Below, piece after piece: positions 50,830 to 64,000 of a stretch of 64,000 nt of DNA (position 1 is the stretch's first letter; every line of letters begins with the position of its first letter). The notes beneath the pieces are model-generated. The model was not told the origin of the DNA. It saw only the letters and a program-made list of their open reading frames with translations, and did not search any database. The position numbers and the translations under genes were made by a program. This DNA comes from Nageia nagi (Eukaryota; Plantae; Pinophyta): positions 146,382,001 to 146,446,000 of the forward strand of contig JBITNC010000001.1 of NCBI GenBank assembly GCA_050084985.1, in the 5' to 3' direction.

Positions 50830-52880
50830 TATAAAGGATATATAGTTTAAATACACTCTAATGTATAAGTCTACTATTTACAAGAAGGACATGAGAAATT
50901 AAACTCTATAACATCCTAAATCAGGAGCACCATATTTCATTAGAGGAGATAAGATCCTAGTGATCATTAACCTTAGGAACCATAGTTAAATTAGGCAAAA
51001 GAAAACTATAACCATTCTTTCCTATGTACTAAAAAAGAGAAGATTCTTTAAAACATTTCAATTCTATCCACCATGGATGTTGAAAGTGTTGACTAGACTT
51101 GGCTCATAATGAAAAAGGTGTGTAATTAAGAACTATTTCATAAGTATCCTTATCCTCATACATGAAAGTATAAAAAAATTTGAATGTATCTCAAGGTAGT
51201 CAATCTTTGTAGGTATGATAAAAAACCATAAAGGGAAGAGATCTCTTTTTAAAGAAATGCTTTGTTGGGACACATTGAATGGTAGATAAAGATTGATTAT
51301 GAAATTAGTTAAATAGAGACCACTAAATACTGAGAGAACAAAGAGTAACTTTGTTGATTTGAACATTCCTCTTATAGGTTAGCCAAGGTGTGATGGATTC
51401 CCAAGCTTTTTAAATACATTTACAAATAAAAGAGCTTATAATTTTGATAGGAACTAGGTACATAGCTAAAGAGGATAAGCTCAACACTTTCCATTTTTTT
51501 TTTCAAAAGGGATCCCTTGAGAAATATAATACAAAGAAAATCTTCCTAGGCTTTAGAGCCTTATATTAAGGCTCTAATAACCCACTTGGCTCTCAAGATA
51601 GGACCTTGATGTTGAAGTAAAAAAAACCTGTACAACATGAGCTTTTGGGGAGATAACATAATTCTTAAGGAAATACATGAAAATATTTCTCATCTTTAGT
51701 ATTAGATCACAATAAAATTCTTGAGATTTTTTTACAACTTCTTGTAACAAGCTAGGAGGGAACCTAGCAAGATGAGTAATACACATGCATAAAAGTGAGG
51801 ATTCAATAGTAAATTTTAAACTTACCAATTATATAAATATATGTAAGAAAACTTTGTATACATCCTCCAAAAAAAATAAATGCATAATTCATCAAGGTGC
51901 TTTGGAGTGCAAATTAAACTTCCTAGAATTTGAATATTTTATTTTATTTTATCCATCACCAATGGAAAGAAGCTAGCAAATTAGGTATATCTCGTAGCAT
52001 TTATCTATAGCAAGAAGTCTTTAACTATTGAATACATGAATTAGATACTTTGCATAAAGTATCCATATAAGAGAAGGATTTCAAAATAGAGCATTCATCT
52101 TCCCTTAATGTAAGGAAGGAATAATGAACAAAATACCCATTAATTAACTGACCATGATTTCTAGGAAGAGAAATTCGATGCACAAACCCTTGAGAGGCTT
52201 TGTTTTCTACCAAATAGACAAATTATGTAGCTTCTAGAACATATAATGAAGGAGTAAAGAGAAATCCTATCCAATAGACTTGAAAAGTTAATTATTCTAG
52301 TTTTCATACTATCAAATTTTAAAACAATTGAAGCATGATTGAAGAAAATTTAAATTAAGGCTTAAAATACTTATATAGCCCTAAGGTATTTGAGTTTAAT
52401 AAGAATGAAATGTTAATTAGTTTTATCATATTCCTTTTCAAAATCAATCTTGGTAAAAAAGGTATCCTTTTGAGATGTTTAGGCCAATCCCATTCCTTCC
52501 TAGAAAATAATAACATTATCAAGAATGTATCTACTTTATATTAAACTAATATTTTTAAGATGAACAATTGGAAGACTTTATAGAACTTATCAAGTGAGAT
52601 TTTTTATAAACACAAAGAAGATTAGGACTAATAACATCCTATAATTCTTTATAGAATTAACATCGAAATTCATTAAGTCTTAGAGCTTTTTCATTTTCCA
52701 TGAAGGATAGTGCAACTTTCACATACACAATATAGATAAGGAGGTCATATGCTTTTTTTTAGAAGAGTAGAACTTATCTAGAATCACACTACAATATTGT
52801 GAGATGGACTTTTATCTTTCCAAGGTAATCCCTTGAGAAACAAATACATGAGTAGAATGTTTGACAAAAGAATTGGCTAT
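50830..52880 (-). mobile_element. L1/Tx1-like LINE ORF2 relic (RT and downstream)
   Basis: FYKEL*DVISPNLLCVYK, RYILDNVIIF*EGM, KIDFEKEYD, GQLINGYFVHYSFLTL (FADD-like; ORF 52025-52213), HVYYSSC*VPS, QGPILRAKWVIRAL. Confidence 0.88.
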
Positions 52881-53539
52881 ATTAGGAGGGGCTTGTCCTA
52901 AAATAAAAAATTTATGTATACATAGAGTTGAAATAATTAGAATTTTAAAATATTATTTTACTCTATAAAGTATATTAAATTCTTATTTTAATTTTTTTTT
53001 GTATTTCATTGTAAATTAAAAAATAAATAATATTGATTGATTTTGTATTTCATTGTAAATTAAGTATTTCATTATAAATAAAATTTATAATATATTATAA
53101 TTTTGATTAAATTTACATTATTAATTGATTTAATAATTAATAATTTATTAATTTATTTTATATTTTAAATTTAATCATATTTTTTAAATATAATTTTTTT
53201 AATAATAAATATTATTTTATTTAAATTTTAATATGAATTTTTATTCCAAAAAAGTTAATCATTTATATTTTATTTAATATTTAAATCAATTTTTATATTC
53301 AATTTATTATATTTTGATCAAGGTTTTTCATTTTTTATAAAACTAACCATATATTACATAAAAAATCTTTACTTATAAAAGTTTAGGGATCAATGACACA
53401 TCTATGTATAATCTAACTAATTGTTAAGGGTTAAAAAAAAGCATTTACATAAGTTTAGGGCCTATAAATTATGAGTTATGTAAAATAAAAATAAATTTAA
53501 TCTCCATCATGCATTTACATTGAAACTATTGTACAATCC

Positions 53540-54950
53540 ACCCTCTATTATCATATACTCAATAGGAGGAATTAGGATATACCATCCATCCTTTTCATTA
53601 AATGCTTTAGCTAGTTAACCCCTTTATTTCGATCATCAACATTCTAACTAATGATAAGGGTTGAATTGTCTAGATATCCATCCCAACCATTAATTTGCCT
53701 AGATGTAGAGGGAACTTGATCATTATAGTTCTTATGAACAAGGGATATACATACCTATTTTAGGGGCATAAAAATATAAGGGAAAAAGATTATGTAACCA
53801 AGAAAAGGAATTACATATATATGGCTAAAATAAATGCTCAATAAATTTGCATTTATCATTAGCTCTACTAAGAAACTAGAAAATATATCTACTGTCTTTT
53901 GGTTAGCTATAAAATATTTAGATAGGATTCACTATACCAAGTTAAATAATACATTGACCCAAAGGAATCCAATTGGAAATAAGGTCCTATTCAAAGAAAT
54001 CTGATCTAATTTATATGTAGGATACTCAAATAACTTTGAACCAAAGGTTATAGATACAAAGAGTAAAATTTGGATCATATTTGTGGTTAATACATTGCAT
54101 CATAAAAAAATGAGGAGAGAGACATGCATAACATAATGTAGCTTTATATTTATGAAGGGATTATTTTTTAATTTAACTATAGTCTTCCAACTATGATTTA
54201 TAAAAGTTCATAGAGATCTTAGGTGATAATAAAACAGGATGCTATCCACAAATCTACAATATTGGAAATTTATTTCTTATTAAAATATTATACTTGATAT
54301 CAATATATTTGTGAAAGATATTTTCCTTTATCTGTGAAAACCAAAAACCATCATATACCAAAATTGACCAAAGAAGCTCCTTTGTGTTTTCCAAAATCAT
54401 TCCAATAGAACCAAGGTTTGAGATCTTCTTATTCTTTGACATTACATATGTTGTTGATAATGAAGGTGCCTTGCATCTTGATATGAATAGGATCTATAAC
54501 TACAATCTAAAATTTGAGCCCTTTCTAGACTTTCCTACCAAGAGATAGTCCAATACAAATATAATAATTAAAAGGAAGTTTTCAAGCTTTTAAACCATCC
54601 AAGGCATATGGAATCCACTTAGTACAAAGATTTATATATTCACTATGGAAGTTCATAACCCCCTATATCTTGACTACTTTATTAAGCAACATATATTTCA
54701 AGCTACTTTATGAAAATCATTCTTATGAAAATATTTGGATAAGAGATAATCCCTCAGTATATTTTCTTACTTCTTATAATATTATAAAAATAGTACCTAA
54801 TAGGAGCAATAATAGACATGATTCATGGCTAATATTTTGGACCATATCTAAAACTTTAAATCTAGAAAGGGTTTATTATTAGCATAATATGTAAAACTTT
54901 TTGTCTACTTATTAGATTATAAAATCCCAAATATGGGTAGTACTTCCTTT
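53540..54950 (-). mobile_element. Probable LINE 3' relic
   Basis: Trp-rich decayed frames (LLWSILVYDGFWFSQIKENIF; WLGW) resembling L1 ORF2 C-termini; weak. Confidence 0.4.
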
Positions 54951-57900
54951 TAATACAAGAAAATTCCCATAAATTCAATGGTTTTATTTCGTTGAAGGTA
55001 CTTCAATCACATATTAGAAAATCAACTTGGAATATGAATAAAAGACTATTTGTATAAATATATCCTTTTTTTCAATATGGTTTATTATGCTAATTTACAA
55101 TATCATATAAATATACATAAATGTTATTATTAATTGTTAAATAATATCTCAAAAATATTTTTTGAGAATAGGGAATAGGTTTTTGTTATTTTATTTTAAT
55201 TTACATAATAATTTTAGCTAAGATATTATTATCATGTAGGTTCCTATTTAAGTAATGGAATACAATATAATTATGTGTATGCTTAATCATTTTCAATATG
55301 GTATCAAAATAAGTTATTAATATTGAGTAGGGTGAACAAATCATGGGTTTATGAGATTATCCTCCTACTTAATTATGAGATGAAATTAGATTCTATTCCT
55401 CCATTATAGGTCAATTTGTAAATAGATATGTAGTTTATGTGAATGCCTTGTTGTATGTATTTGAGGGGAGCTTACAATTTCCATGTTATCCTAATGATAC
55501 AAAGACTCTAGATGTATGTAGCAAACATTATAGAGTGATTGATATCATTAATCAAATTCATGATGAAGATCAATCATTGAGGGGGTTTATCGTTTGAGAA
55601 ATCAATTGCTATGTATACCTTTATACATTAAAACTATTCATGATGGATTTATTTTTCTTATGGTAGTCATCACAATGCACCTCCTATAGTCATAGTTTCC
55701 ATTCTTTCATAAACTTACAGTCTCTAGTTATAGTAGTTACAATCTTGAATATTTTTACTTTAACTTTTAGAATTAGGCCACTTTCAAGATGATGAACTAG
55801 TAGTTTTGGTATAGGTTAACACTGAAGAACCCTACATTCTATGTACTTATGCTTAATTCATAAATTTTTATATGTTTATGGGTGTGCTAATTTGAGTGTT
55901 GCAAACACTATTATTTGTTCATCTTGATTTTTGCATGAAATATTCTTATATTATATTTTCCCTTGTATTACAAATAAATAAGCTCTTGCTACTTCAAATA
56001 CATGTTTCATTAAACTATCAATCTCATATCTGCATTTGATCTAAAGACTTTTACATTGATCATAAAGAAAATATTACTTAAGCAATAATCTTTTGGGATT
56101 TGTATTTTATAGACTTTGTTAACATTAAAACTAAAAGGTAAATATAGCATGAATATTCTTTTGACATAAAGGTATTCTCACAAATTTTTTATTTCTTAAG
56201 AATATTGCATTGATTGGATGGGATGGCTATGATAGAGATTCTATGTTTACTATGATTTTATGGTTTTTAAACCCCTCATAATGTATTAATACAATTAAAT
56301 GATGAAATAAATTCTCGTACTTATATTCCTTATTAACTTAGGATAGGAAATTTTAATACCAAGTTTAATTATTTTATAGCATATAGATCCTCATTACCAA
56401 TCAAATAATATATAGGGAATGTTTGGATACTTTGGATTATGGTATCTAGTAATCCACTATATTTTTTTGGAAATAAACCCTAAGTATATTGGTTGAAAAA
56501 TAAAACATTCAAGTATTACTCCCAAAACCATCTAGCTACTCAAGATGAATAACTAGGGTTTCATAGTCATGATTAAGGGGAATAAAGCTACATATTTTGC
56601 CATAAAATAGGTTCAACCATCATGTATAGGAGGTGAATGGGGGTTATTATCTTCTTTTTATAAGTTTGTATATGGTATCCATCAAATATCTATTATTTTT
56701 AGAGCTTTGGTACTCATGGCTCTTCCTTTCTTTTAGGTACAATATAACCATAGGATTTACTTAATCCTAGGACCAATGAGGAAAGGAGGGAGAGAAAGAA
56801 AATCATAACATTAGAGGAGAAGTTTCCTAACAACACCTAACTTTTTTGCGAGAAGATCTCATAAGGGTTGAAAGACCTAAGGTAAGCTCAATGGAAATCC
56901 CATATAATTTTCATATTGTTTTAGCATGATCCTTACTCTGCAATATTTGTATCAAGTTCAAATGATCATAAAAAAATCAATTTTAACATTAAGGGTATTC
57001 ATTTTTGATGAAATTTTGAAAGAATTTTATGAATACAATGATTGGGCATTTTGAACTTGTAGGAGTAGAATCATTTTCAAATTCAAAATATGTTAGTATT
57101 TGTTATGGATTCTTCATTGTCCAATATTTAGAGTAAGGATTTAATTAGAAAGGGAATTATTAGGTTCATATAATTTATAGTAATCATTACTTGTGTTAGG
57201 AATTCAATTTGGCTTTACCCTCTAAATTACTGGATCTTAGTCGTAATGTTCATTCTTGTCTTTGACTACTATAAAATTCATACATGCTTATTTTTATTTT
57301 ATATATGATTATGATATATTTAAACTCTCTCAGAATGTCACCCCCATAAGCTCAGTATGTAAATGGTAGTTGGATTTTGATAGTGGAGAATTATTTTTGT
57401 ATTCTACAAGTGATTTCAAATGTACTATTAGGTGTAGCTAAGTATACTGTATTATATGTCATTACTCAAATATGGTAAATAGGGGTTATAAATCTATATT
57501 GATTCTTTATAAGATCTATACAAAATTAGGTAGTAATGTTCAATAAATTTAATGCTAAATCAATTATTTAATCCTGAATTTTAATATCAATTTTATATGA
57601 TGGTTATGAATAGAATTTTCATTTCTATTGTATCATTGTATTGAGTTAGTATGTATAATAATTACTCCCATATTCCTTAGTGAAATACTATATATCTCAC
57701 TCATGCTTATTGTAATGTACTATAGGAAATCATGAGGTTTCTTTAGCATTGTAAAATATCTTGGGGACAATTTTATAGAAAAATAATAATGGAATGCAAG
57801 CATGTGATTCTAAGTTACTTTTATATCATTTCATATTGTATATCTATTTAAATGATAATGCAAATTGAAGGTAGATAAATACCTTTATCTACTACTACTA

Positions 57901-58517
57901 GTGGTATGTTGTAAACATATTGTCTTGAACCAATTATATGTCCATTTAATAAAACTATCTTATGTTTCTTCATGACTAGGCATTTGAATCCTAGATGGTA
58001 ATCTGATCTTGTTCATACAATTTCAAATACTAGGTACTTAGTAGAAATTTTGAGATAGTTAATCAAAATTACCTTATTTCTATTTTTAATACTTTAAATT
58101 TAAGTATATTTATGAATAAACTAAGTATGGTAAAATAGTAAGAAAAGGCTAAGCAGTTGATTAAAAAAAAATTGTAATAGTGGAGGCATTAGTTTAGGGA
58201 TAAGTTTATTTGACAATTAATGATAATGCTTATTTCTTATGGACTCCATTAATATAATGATACAAATAATTAATTTGGGGAAATCATGGTTATTTTGGAT
58301 ACAAGGAAGTTATTTTTAATTATGTTTCAAATTACTCCAAAGATTAAAAATATTTGGTTATATTAACTTAAAGGTTGAGAGAATTAAATAATCTTGAGAT
58401 ATGATATTGAATTACAATTTATTCCAAACTTTTAGCATGCATCTAATATTGGAAAATTCATGAAATAATATCATAAAATCATGTTGCATTGGATTCAAGG
58501 ATTGAATTTACTATATT

Positions 58518-59003
58518 TGATGTGAATTCAGCTATAACAGGAAAACAGAAATTGAAATCCAGTCACAGAACATACAGAAGAAATCCAGACCAAAATACTC
58601 TTCTTATTCCTGAACCCACATGCTCTCCAAGAGAATACAATGCCCTTTAAATAGCCACAAAAAAAACAAAAAACCAAAATGAGTCAGATTGCGCCCAAAA
58701 TTTGCATGCGCATCCCTCTTACACTAATTAAGCAGTATCTAAAATATCCACCCTTAACTAGAAGAAAAACAAGAGTTACTAAAGGCGCAACATGCAAAAA
58801 AAGCCTAAAAATCAGGAGTGCTCTTAAAAAAGCCTATTTTTCAGGCCTTAGACGAATGAATCAGGCCTTAAAAATATCATTTTTTGGGTATGGCAGTTCT
58901 AGCGAACTGCCATAACTGGAATTTCGTCACGAAGCCACAGTTTAAATTTCGAAGCAAAACGACCTCCGGATCAAAAGTTACGGCCTCGGCAACGCATGCA
59001 TCA
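58518..59003 (-). mobile_element. Young solo LTR (486 bp)
   Basis: TGATG...CATCA termini; TSD ATATT at 58513-58517 and 59004-59008; CpG-rich. Minus strand starts TGATGCATGCG...TAACTTTTGATCCG, like the LTR at 49164. Confidence 0.92.
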
Positions 59004-60094
59004 ATATTTCTGATATAACAAAATAAGAATGATTATTTGGAATCATTGAAGATTCAATACAAGTATATTCCTCTCACATGGTCCTATCTTATGTAATTTG
59101 CATATATGATGAGAAATCTATTACAAGTTAGGAAACTATTGGGGTATACTCCAAAGTTAGGAGTAGTTTTATAGATGGATAGACTTTATTATACCAAATA
59201 TACATTTTCAACAAATGAATTTGATTGGCATGTTCATATTGCTTTAATGTTAAAATAATGAAAACATTGATGGGATATTTTTGATTTCCATAGAAACCAA
59301 CAAGTATTTCATGATAATCAAATTTAGGGTAGTAACTAAAAATAACAAAATATTCATGAGTAAGAGATAAATCTTGATAAAAAAAAGTGGGCTGAATTAG
59401 GAAAATAATATTAAAAGGGTTGTATTATAAATTAAATGCAATTACTTAGGGTATAAATGATACAAAAATAATATACCATTTATGAGCTTCATAATTGAGG
59501 ACATGACTTGAGGTTGTAAGAAGTACCTAATAAATCTATGGACTAGCTAAGATGTCAAGTTAGGGATAAACTAGTTATGAACCTAAAAAATATATGCCTT
59601 ACCAATTTAAATATTGATAGTATTCAAAAAATAGCCAGCTCATTGAACATGAGGCATATTTTACAATAAGAGGATGTAGTGGTAATGCAAAAACTAAACT
59701 TACAAGCATGCATCTATTTGATATATAATTATAGAGGTGGAATACACACTTGACCCACTCAAGTAAAAAGTAATTTATAGTTTCTATCCATGAATTTTCC
59801 TACACTCATTAAAATATATTTTATATTTAGAGTATAATAAATATCATGTACCTTAATATTGCCTTCATTGGTGGCCAATTCCATCACATCCTTTGCTGCA
59901 AAAAATAAGTATTTTTTATCACCAATCCTAATGTTATACTTTTAGGATAGTCCAAGGAAGAGAACATATCCTTGTTATTGGTCATATGATTTGAACATCT
60001 CATATCAGAAAACAATTCTATTGGAGGTTTTTCTTAGCTTGATAATAAGATAGAAATAATATTTGTTCAATAGGAACCTCTTCACCTCTATAGC

Positions 60095-63000
60095 CATATC
60101 TCCATATATTTTGTAGTTCAACTTCTTCCTCTTTATAGTTTTTAGACCTCCCTTCATTTCCATTTTTAGGTTGACACTCCCTCTCAAAATAACCAAACTT
60201 ATTCTAGAGTTAACATTATACATATTTTTCTTGTCACTTCTTCCTCATCCTTGACTATGAGCAAAACCACCTTAATCTCATCCACCTATTCTTTTGGAGG
60301 ATTATTCACCTCTTCCTCCACCATTTTATGTTATTTTCTCTAATACTTAGAACCAATGCTAGGTAGAGTATTGATGCTAGTGAAATTCCTTTCTTCATTT
60401 CTTCCACTTGCAGGTATGGATAGGTCACTAATAGAAAATGGTAAATAGCATGTGAGTCCTACCAAGTAGTATTTTTAATATCAAATATAACTATTGGTAT
60501 ATTGGTAAGTATTTTATAGGAGGAGGAGTGCTAGTGGTAATTAAAACTAATGCAATGTTTTATATTGATATAAAAAAAGAGGAAGGGTATGGGGGTACCT
60601 TTAGGAGATTCAATCACATATTTTTTTTAAGCTAAATCTATTCTAACATTAATTTTTCTAGTTCCCTAAATTATCCTTTTTTTTAATTATTATACTAGAG
60701 TAATAGATCAATTTGTTACACTTTTAGATACCTCTTCATAGATTTGAATCATGCTCCTCACCTTCACTATAATCTCCAACTATACTAAGTAAACTATTTA
60801 CATATCTGATAGAGCTAGTGTGACACACCCTTATTACCATATGCCCTTGAAACATGAACTTGTATCTTGACACCAAAATTGGATGCCTCCATCAATAGGC
60901 CAAGCCCCTTAAGCTCTTCCCTTAACTATTCTACTAATCACTCTTATTTAGTTAAATATAAACTTCTTTGGACTATTTTTTGTTTGATAAATAATGAATT
61001 ATTAAATATAAAATCAACTTTTATTTTATTTTATTAAGCATTTCCTTTTAATTCAAACTCTATATTTGTTTTAAAGGAAAATAAGAAATAAAAAATTATA
61101 TTTATTGAGTGATAAAGAACTCTTAAAAGGTATTGTAGGACAAAGGGGATAAATGAAGTAAGTAAAAAACTAATAAAAATTAATTTCATCTTGCTTGTGA
61201 ATCAACATGTTTAATTTTTTTTACCAATAATTTCATGTACCCTTCAATTTTCTTACTTTGGAACTTCAAGGAGTATGATGGAAGTATATGTTCATGCTCA
61301 ATAATATATAGTCTATTTTTTATTTTTTGTAAATAAAAAAATTATATTAACTATAAGTAAAATATTTTATAAGCATAAATAACTTATTTTAACAAAGTTA
61401 TAGGTGTTAATTAAATTTGAAGGATCTAAGTCTATATCTATAAGTTGTTGCTATTTATTTTTAAATATACTATTTTTAAAATAAAAAAGAGAATACAATA
61501 TGACATAAATAATCTTGATAATTTTACATTATATAATATATGAGAAATAATTATTCAAACACTTAATTGAAATAAAATATTATTAAAAATTATGAATAAA
61601 AAATTATGTATATAATATTAAAATGATAAAAATAATCATTTAAAATGGTAAAAACATTATTTTAGATGCTAAAAATTCTATTACTTTAATGTTTTTTTTA
61701 ATATTAATCATTATTATCTTTTTTCCATCAGAGAGTACAAATCAAGAGTTTGATTTATTAAGTGAGCTTCCACATTCAGATGGATTCCATCTATGACCTT
61801 TCTTAAATGGTAATAAAAGGAGAAGAAATCTAATGGTTGATAATTGATGTCCATGTAGGACATAGTTCATGGCCTCTATGGTGTCCAACGATAGAGGAGG
61901 ACATGGAATCATTTAAAGAATCAAGGAGTTGGAGGATTGAATGTTAACCTTGGTGAGCTCGACCCTCATCTAGGTTTTGTTATCCACCCACCCTCTTTCT
62001 CTTCTTTGCTAAAAGCCAACTTCTTTCCATTAGTACTACCCATTGCTTATCCTTATCCTTGTTTTTGGGAGCATGGATTAATAGGCCCAAATGTAGTTCC
62101 CACAAACCCATTTTTTGCTTTCTTATCTTCATTATTATCCATAATTTAAAGTTTCAAAAGAGTTTTATGGTCCAATATATCACAAATCAACTTCTTCATC
62201 TTAATAGTTTTTAAACCTCCATTCATTGCCATGTTTAGGTAAACACTCCCTCTCAAAATGACCAAACTAATTGTAGTGGTAACATTGTACATATTTTTCT
62301 TGTCACTTCTTCCTCATTCTTGACTATGAGTAGAACCATTTTGATCTCTTCAATCTATTCCACCACCATTTTATGTTATTTTCCCTAAGACTTAGTACCA
62401 ATTCTAGGCTGAGTATTGACACTAGTGAAATTCCTTTCTTCATTTCTTCCACTACAATGAAAGCACTAATAGGGAATTGTAAATAGAACATGATTCCAAC
62501 TAATTGGTATTTTTAATATCAAATTGAACTAATAGTAAGTATTTTATAGGGGGAGGGGGTTTAGTGGTATTTAAAACTAATGTAATGTATTATACTGATA
62601 TAAAAAAGGAAGGGTATGGGGGTACCTTTGGGATATTCGATGACATAGTTGATTTTTCATGCTAAATCTCTTATAACATTAATTTTTTCAAGTTACATAA
62701 ATTATTATACTGGATAAATTGATCATTTCCTTACACTTTTAGACACCTCTTCATGGGTTTGAATCATGCTCCTCATTTTCACTATAACCTCTAACTACAC
62801 TGAGTAAACTATTTACATATCCAAGAAAGCTCATTTGACACACCCTTGATACCATGATCCCTCAAAACTTGAACCTATGTCTAGACACCAAAATTGGATG
62901 CCTCCATCAACAAGCCAAACCCCTCAGGCTCTTCCCTCAAATATCTTAGTAATCATTCTTATTAAGTGAAATATAAACTCCTTTAGACTATTTTTTGTTT

Positions 63001-64000
63001 GATAAATAATGAATTATGAAAAATAAAATAGTTTTTATTTTATTTTATTTATCATATCCTCTTAATTCAAATTCTATAATTTACTTTAGAGGAAAATGAG
63101 ATATAAAAAATTATATTTATTTAATGATAATGACACATGTCCAAGGTATTGTAGGAGGAAGGGGATAAAAGAAGCAACCAAACAAATTATTAAAATAAAT
63201 TTCAATATTGCTAATGAATCAACATGTTCAATGGTTTTTGAGCCTTCCTTGATATGTTACCAATAATTTCACGTACCCTTCAATTTTCTTACTTTCGAAT
63301 TTTGATAAGTATGATCGAAGTATATGTTCATGCTCAATATTAGATAGCTTTTTTATTTTTTGTAACTAAAAAAATATATTAATTATAAGTAAAATATTTT
63401 AGAAGCATAAATAACTTATTTTATAAAAGTTGTAGGTGTTAATTAAATTTGAAGGATCTAAATCTATATTCATATGTTGTTGGTATTTTTTTTTAAATAT
63501 ACTCATTTTAAAAATAAAAAAGAGAATATAACATGAAAAAAATAATCTTGATAAATTAATTATATAAATTATATGAGAAACAATTATGCAAATACTTAAT
63601 TGAAAAAAATATTATTAAAAATGATAAATATAAAGTTATGGACATAATATTAAAAAGATAAAAACAATCATTTAAAAAAGTAAAAACATTATTTCATATG
63701 CTAAAAATTCTATTACTTTAATTTTTTTATTTAATATTAATCATTATTATAGTTTTCCATTAGATAGTACAACTAAAAAATTAAATTTATCAATAAGCTT
63801 CCACATTCGGATGGATTCCATCTATGACCTATCTTGAATGGTAATAAAAGGAGAAGAAATACAATGGTTGATAATTGATGTCCATGTATGACATAAATCA
63901 TGGCCTCTATGCTATCAAATGATGGAGGAGGAGCATGGAATAAATTAAAGAATGAAGGAGTTGGAGGATTGAATATTAACTTAGGTGAGCTCAATGCTCA
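60095..64000. repeat. Old tandem duplication with a ~2.05 kb unit (second copy runs off the window)
   Basis: 60101-61960 aligns collinearly with 62171-64000, with offset drifting from ~2070 to ~2030. The unit is a composite of LINE-like and AT-rich pieces. Confidence 0.93.

Noticed and set aside
51554-51576. Palindrome TAGAGCCTTATATTAAGGCTCTA as an inversion junction
   Set aside because: LINE homology continues in the same orientation on both sides.
51574-51828. ORF segment ITHLARFPPSLLQEVVKKSQEF resembling the MutS/MSH6 C-terminus
   Set aside because: Other frames read HVYYSSC*VPS..CYKKL, continuous with the surrounding LINE ORF2 and matching the LINE at 40074.
52950-53330. Extremely AT-rich tract with a 23-bp duplication
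   Set aside because: Low-complexity slippage with no further structure.
55000-59750. Possible large Tat/Ogre LTR (~56300-58100) and integrase scraps (~59100-59750)
   Set aside because: Only faint motifs, with no definable termini, PBS or TSD.

Overview
Very AT-rich, strongly CpG-depleted plant intergenic DNA. The repeat and PPR styles suggest a gymnosperm, but that is inference. No intact, recognisable host protein gene is present. Most of the window is a graveyard of retroelements. It holds a Tnt1/Tork-like Copia (321-~10732) with a Reina-type chromovirus nested in it (3742-9434, TSD TTATT), and a short-LTR Copia (15388-21375, TSD ATTTC). There is also a SIRE-like Copia with a ~2.3 kb LTR (31801-~39430), an inverted related LTR (~24825-27150), several L1/Tx1-like LINE relics, two young solo LTRs with clean TSDs (49164-49700, 58518-59003) and a ~2.05 kb tandem duplication at the right end. 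Two features stand out. (1) An LTR-PBS-internal-LTR unit (~48510-50787) whose interior is not gag-pol but a patchwork of short P- and PLS-class PPR motif fragments. (2) A CpG-retaining, apparently non-TE island (~42050-43300) with clustered NAC-type sites, a TATA-like box, a small ORF with a candidate intron and a ~300-nt imperfect fold-back. All alignments, translations and foldings were done by eye, so boundaries of old relics are approximate.
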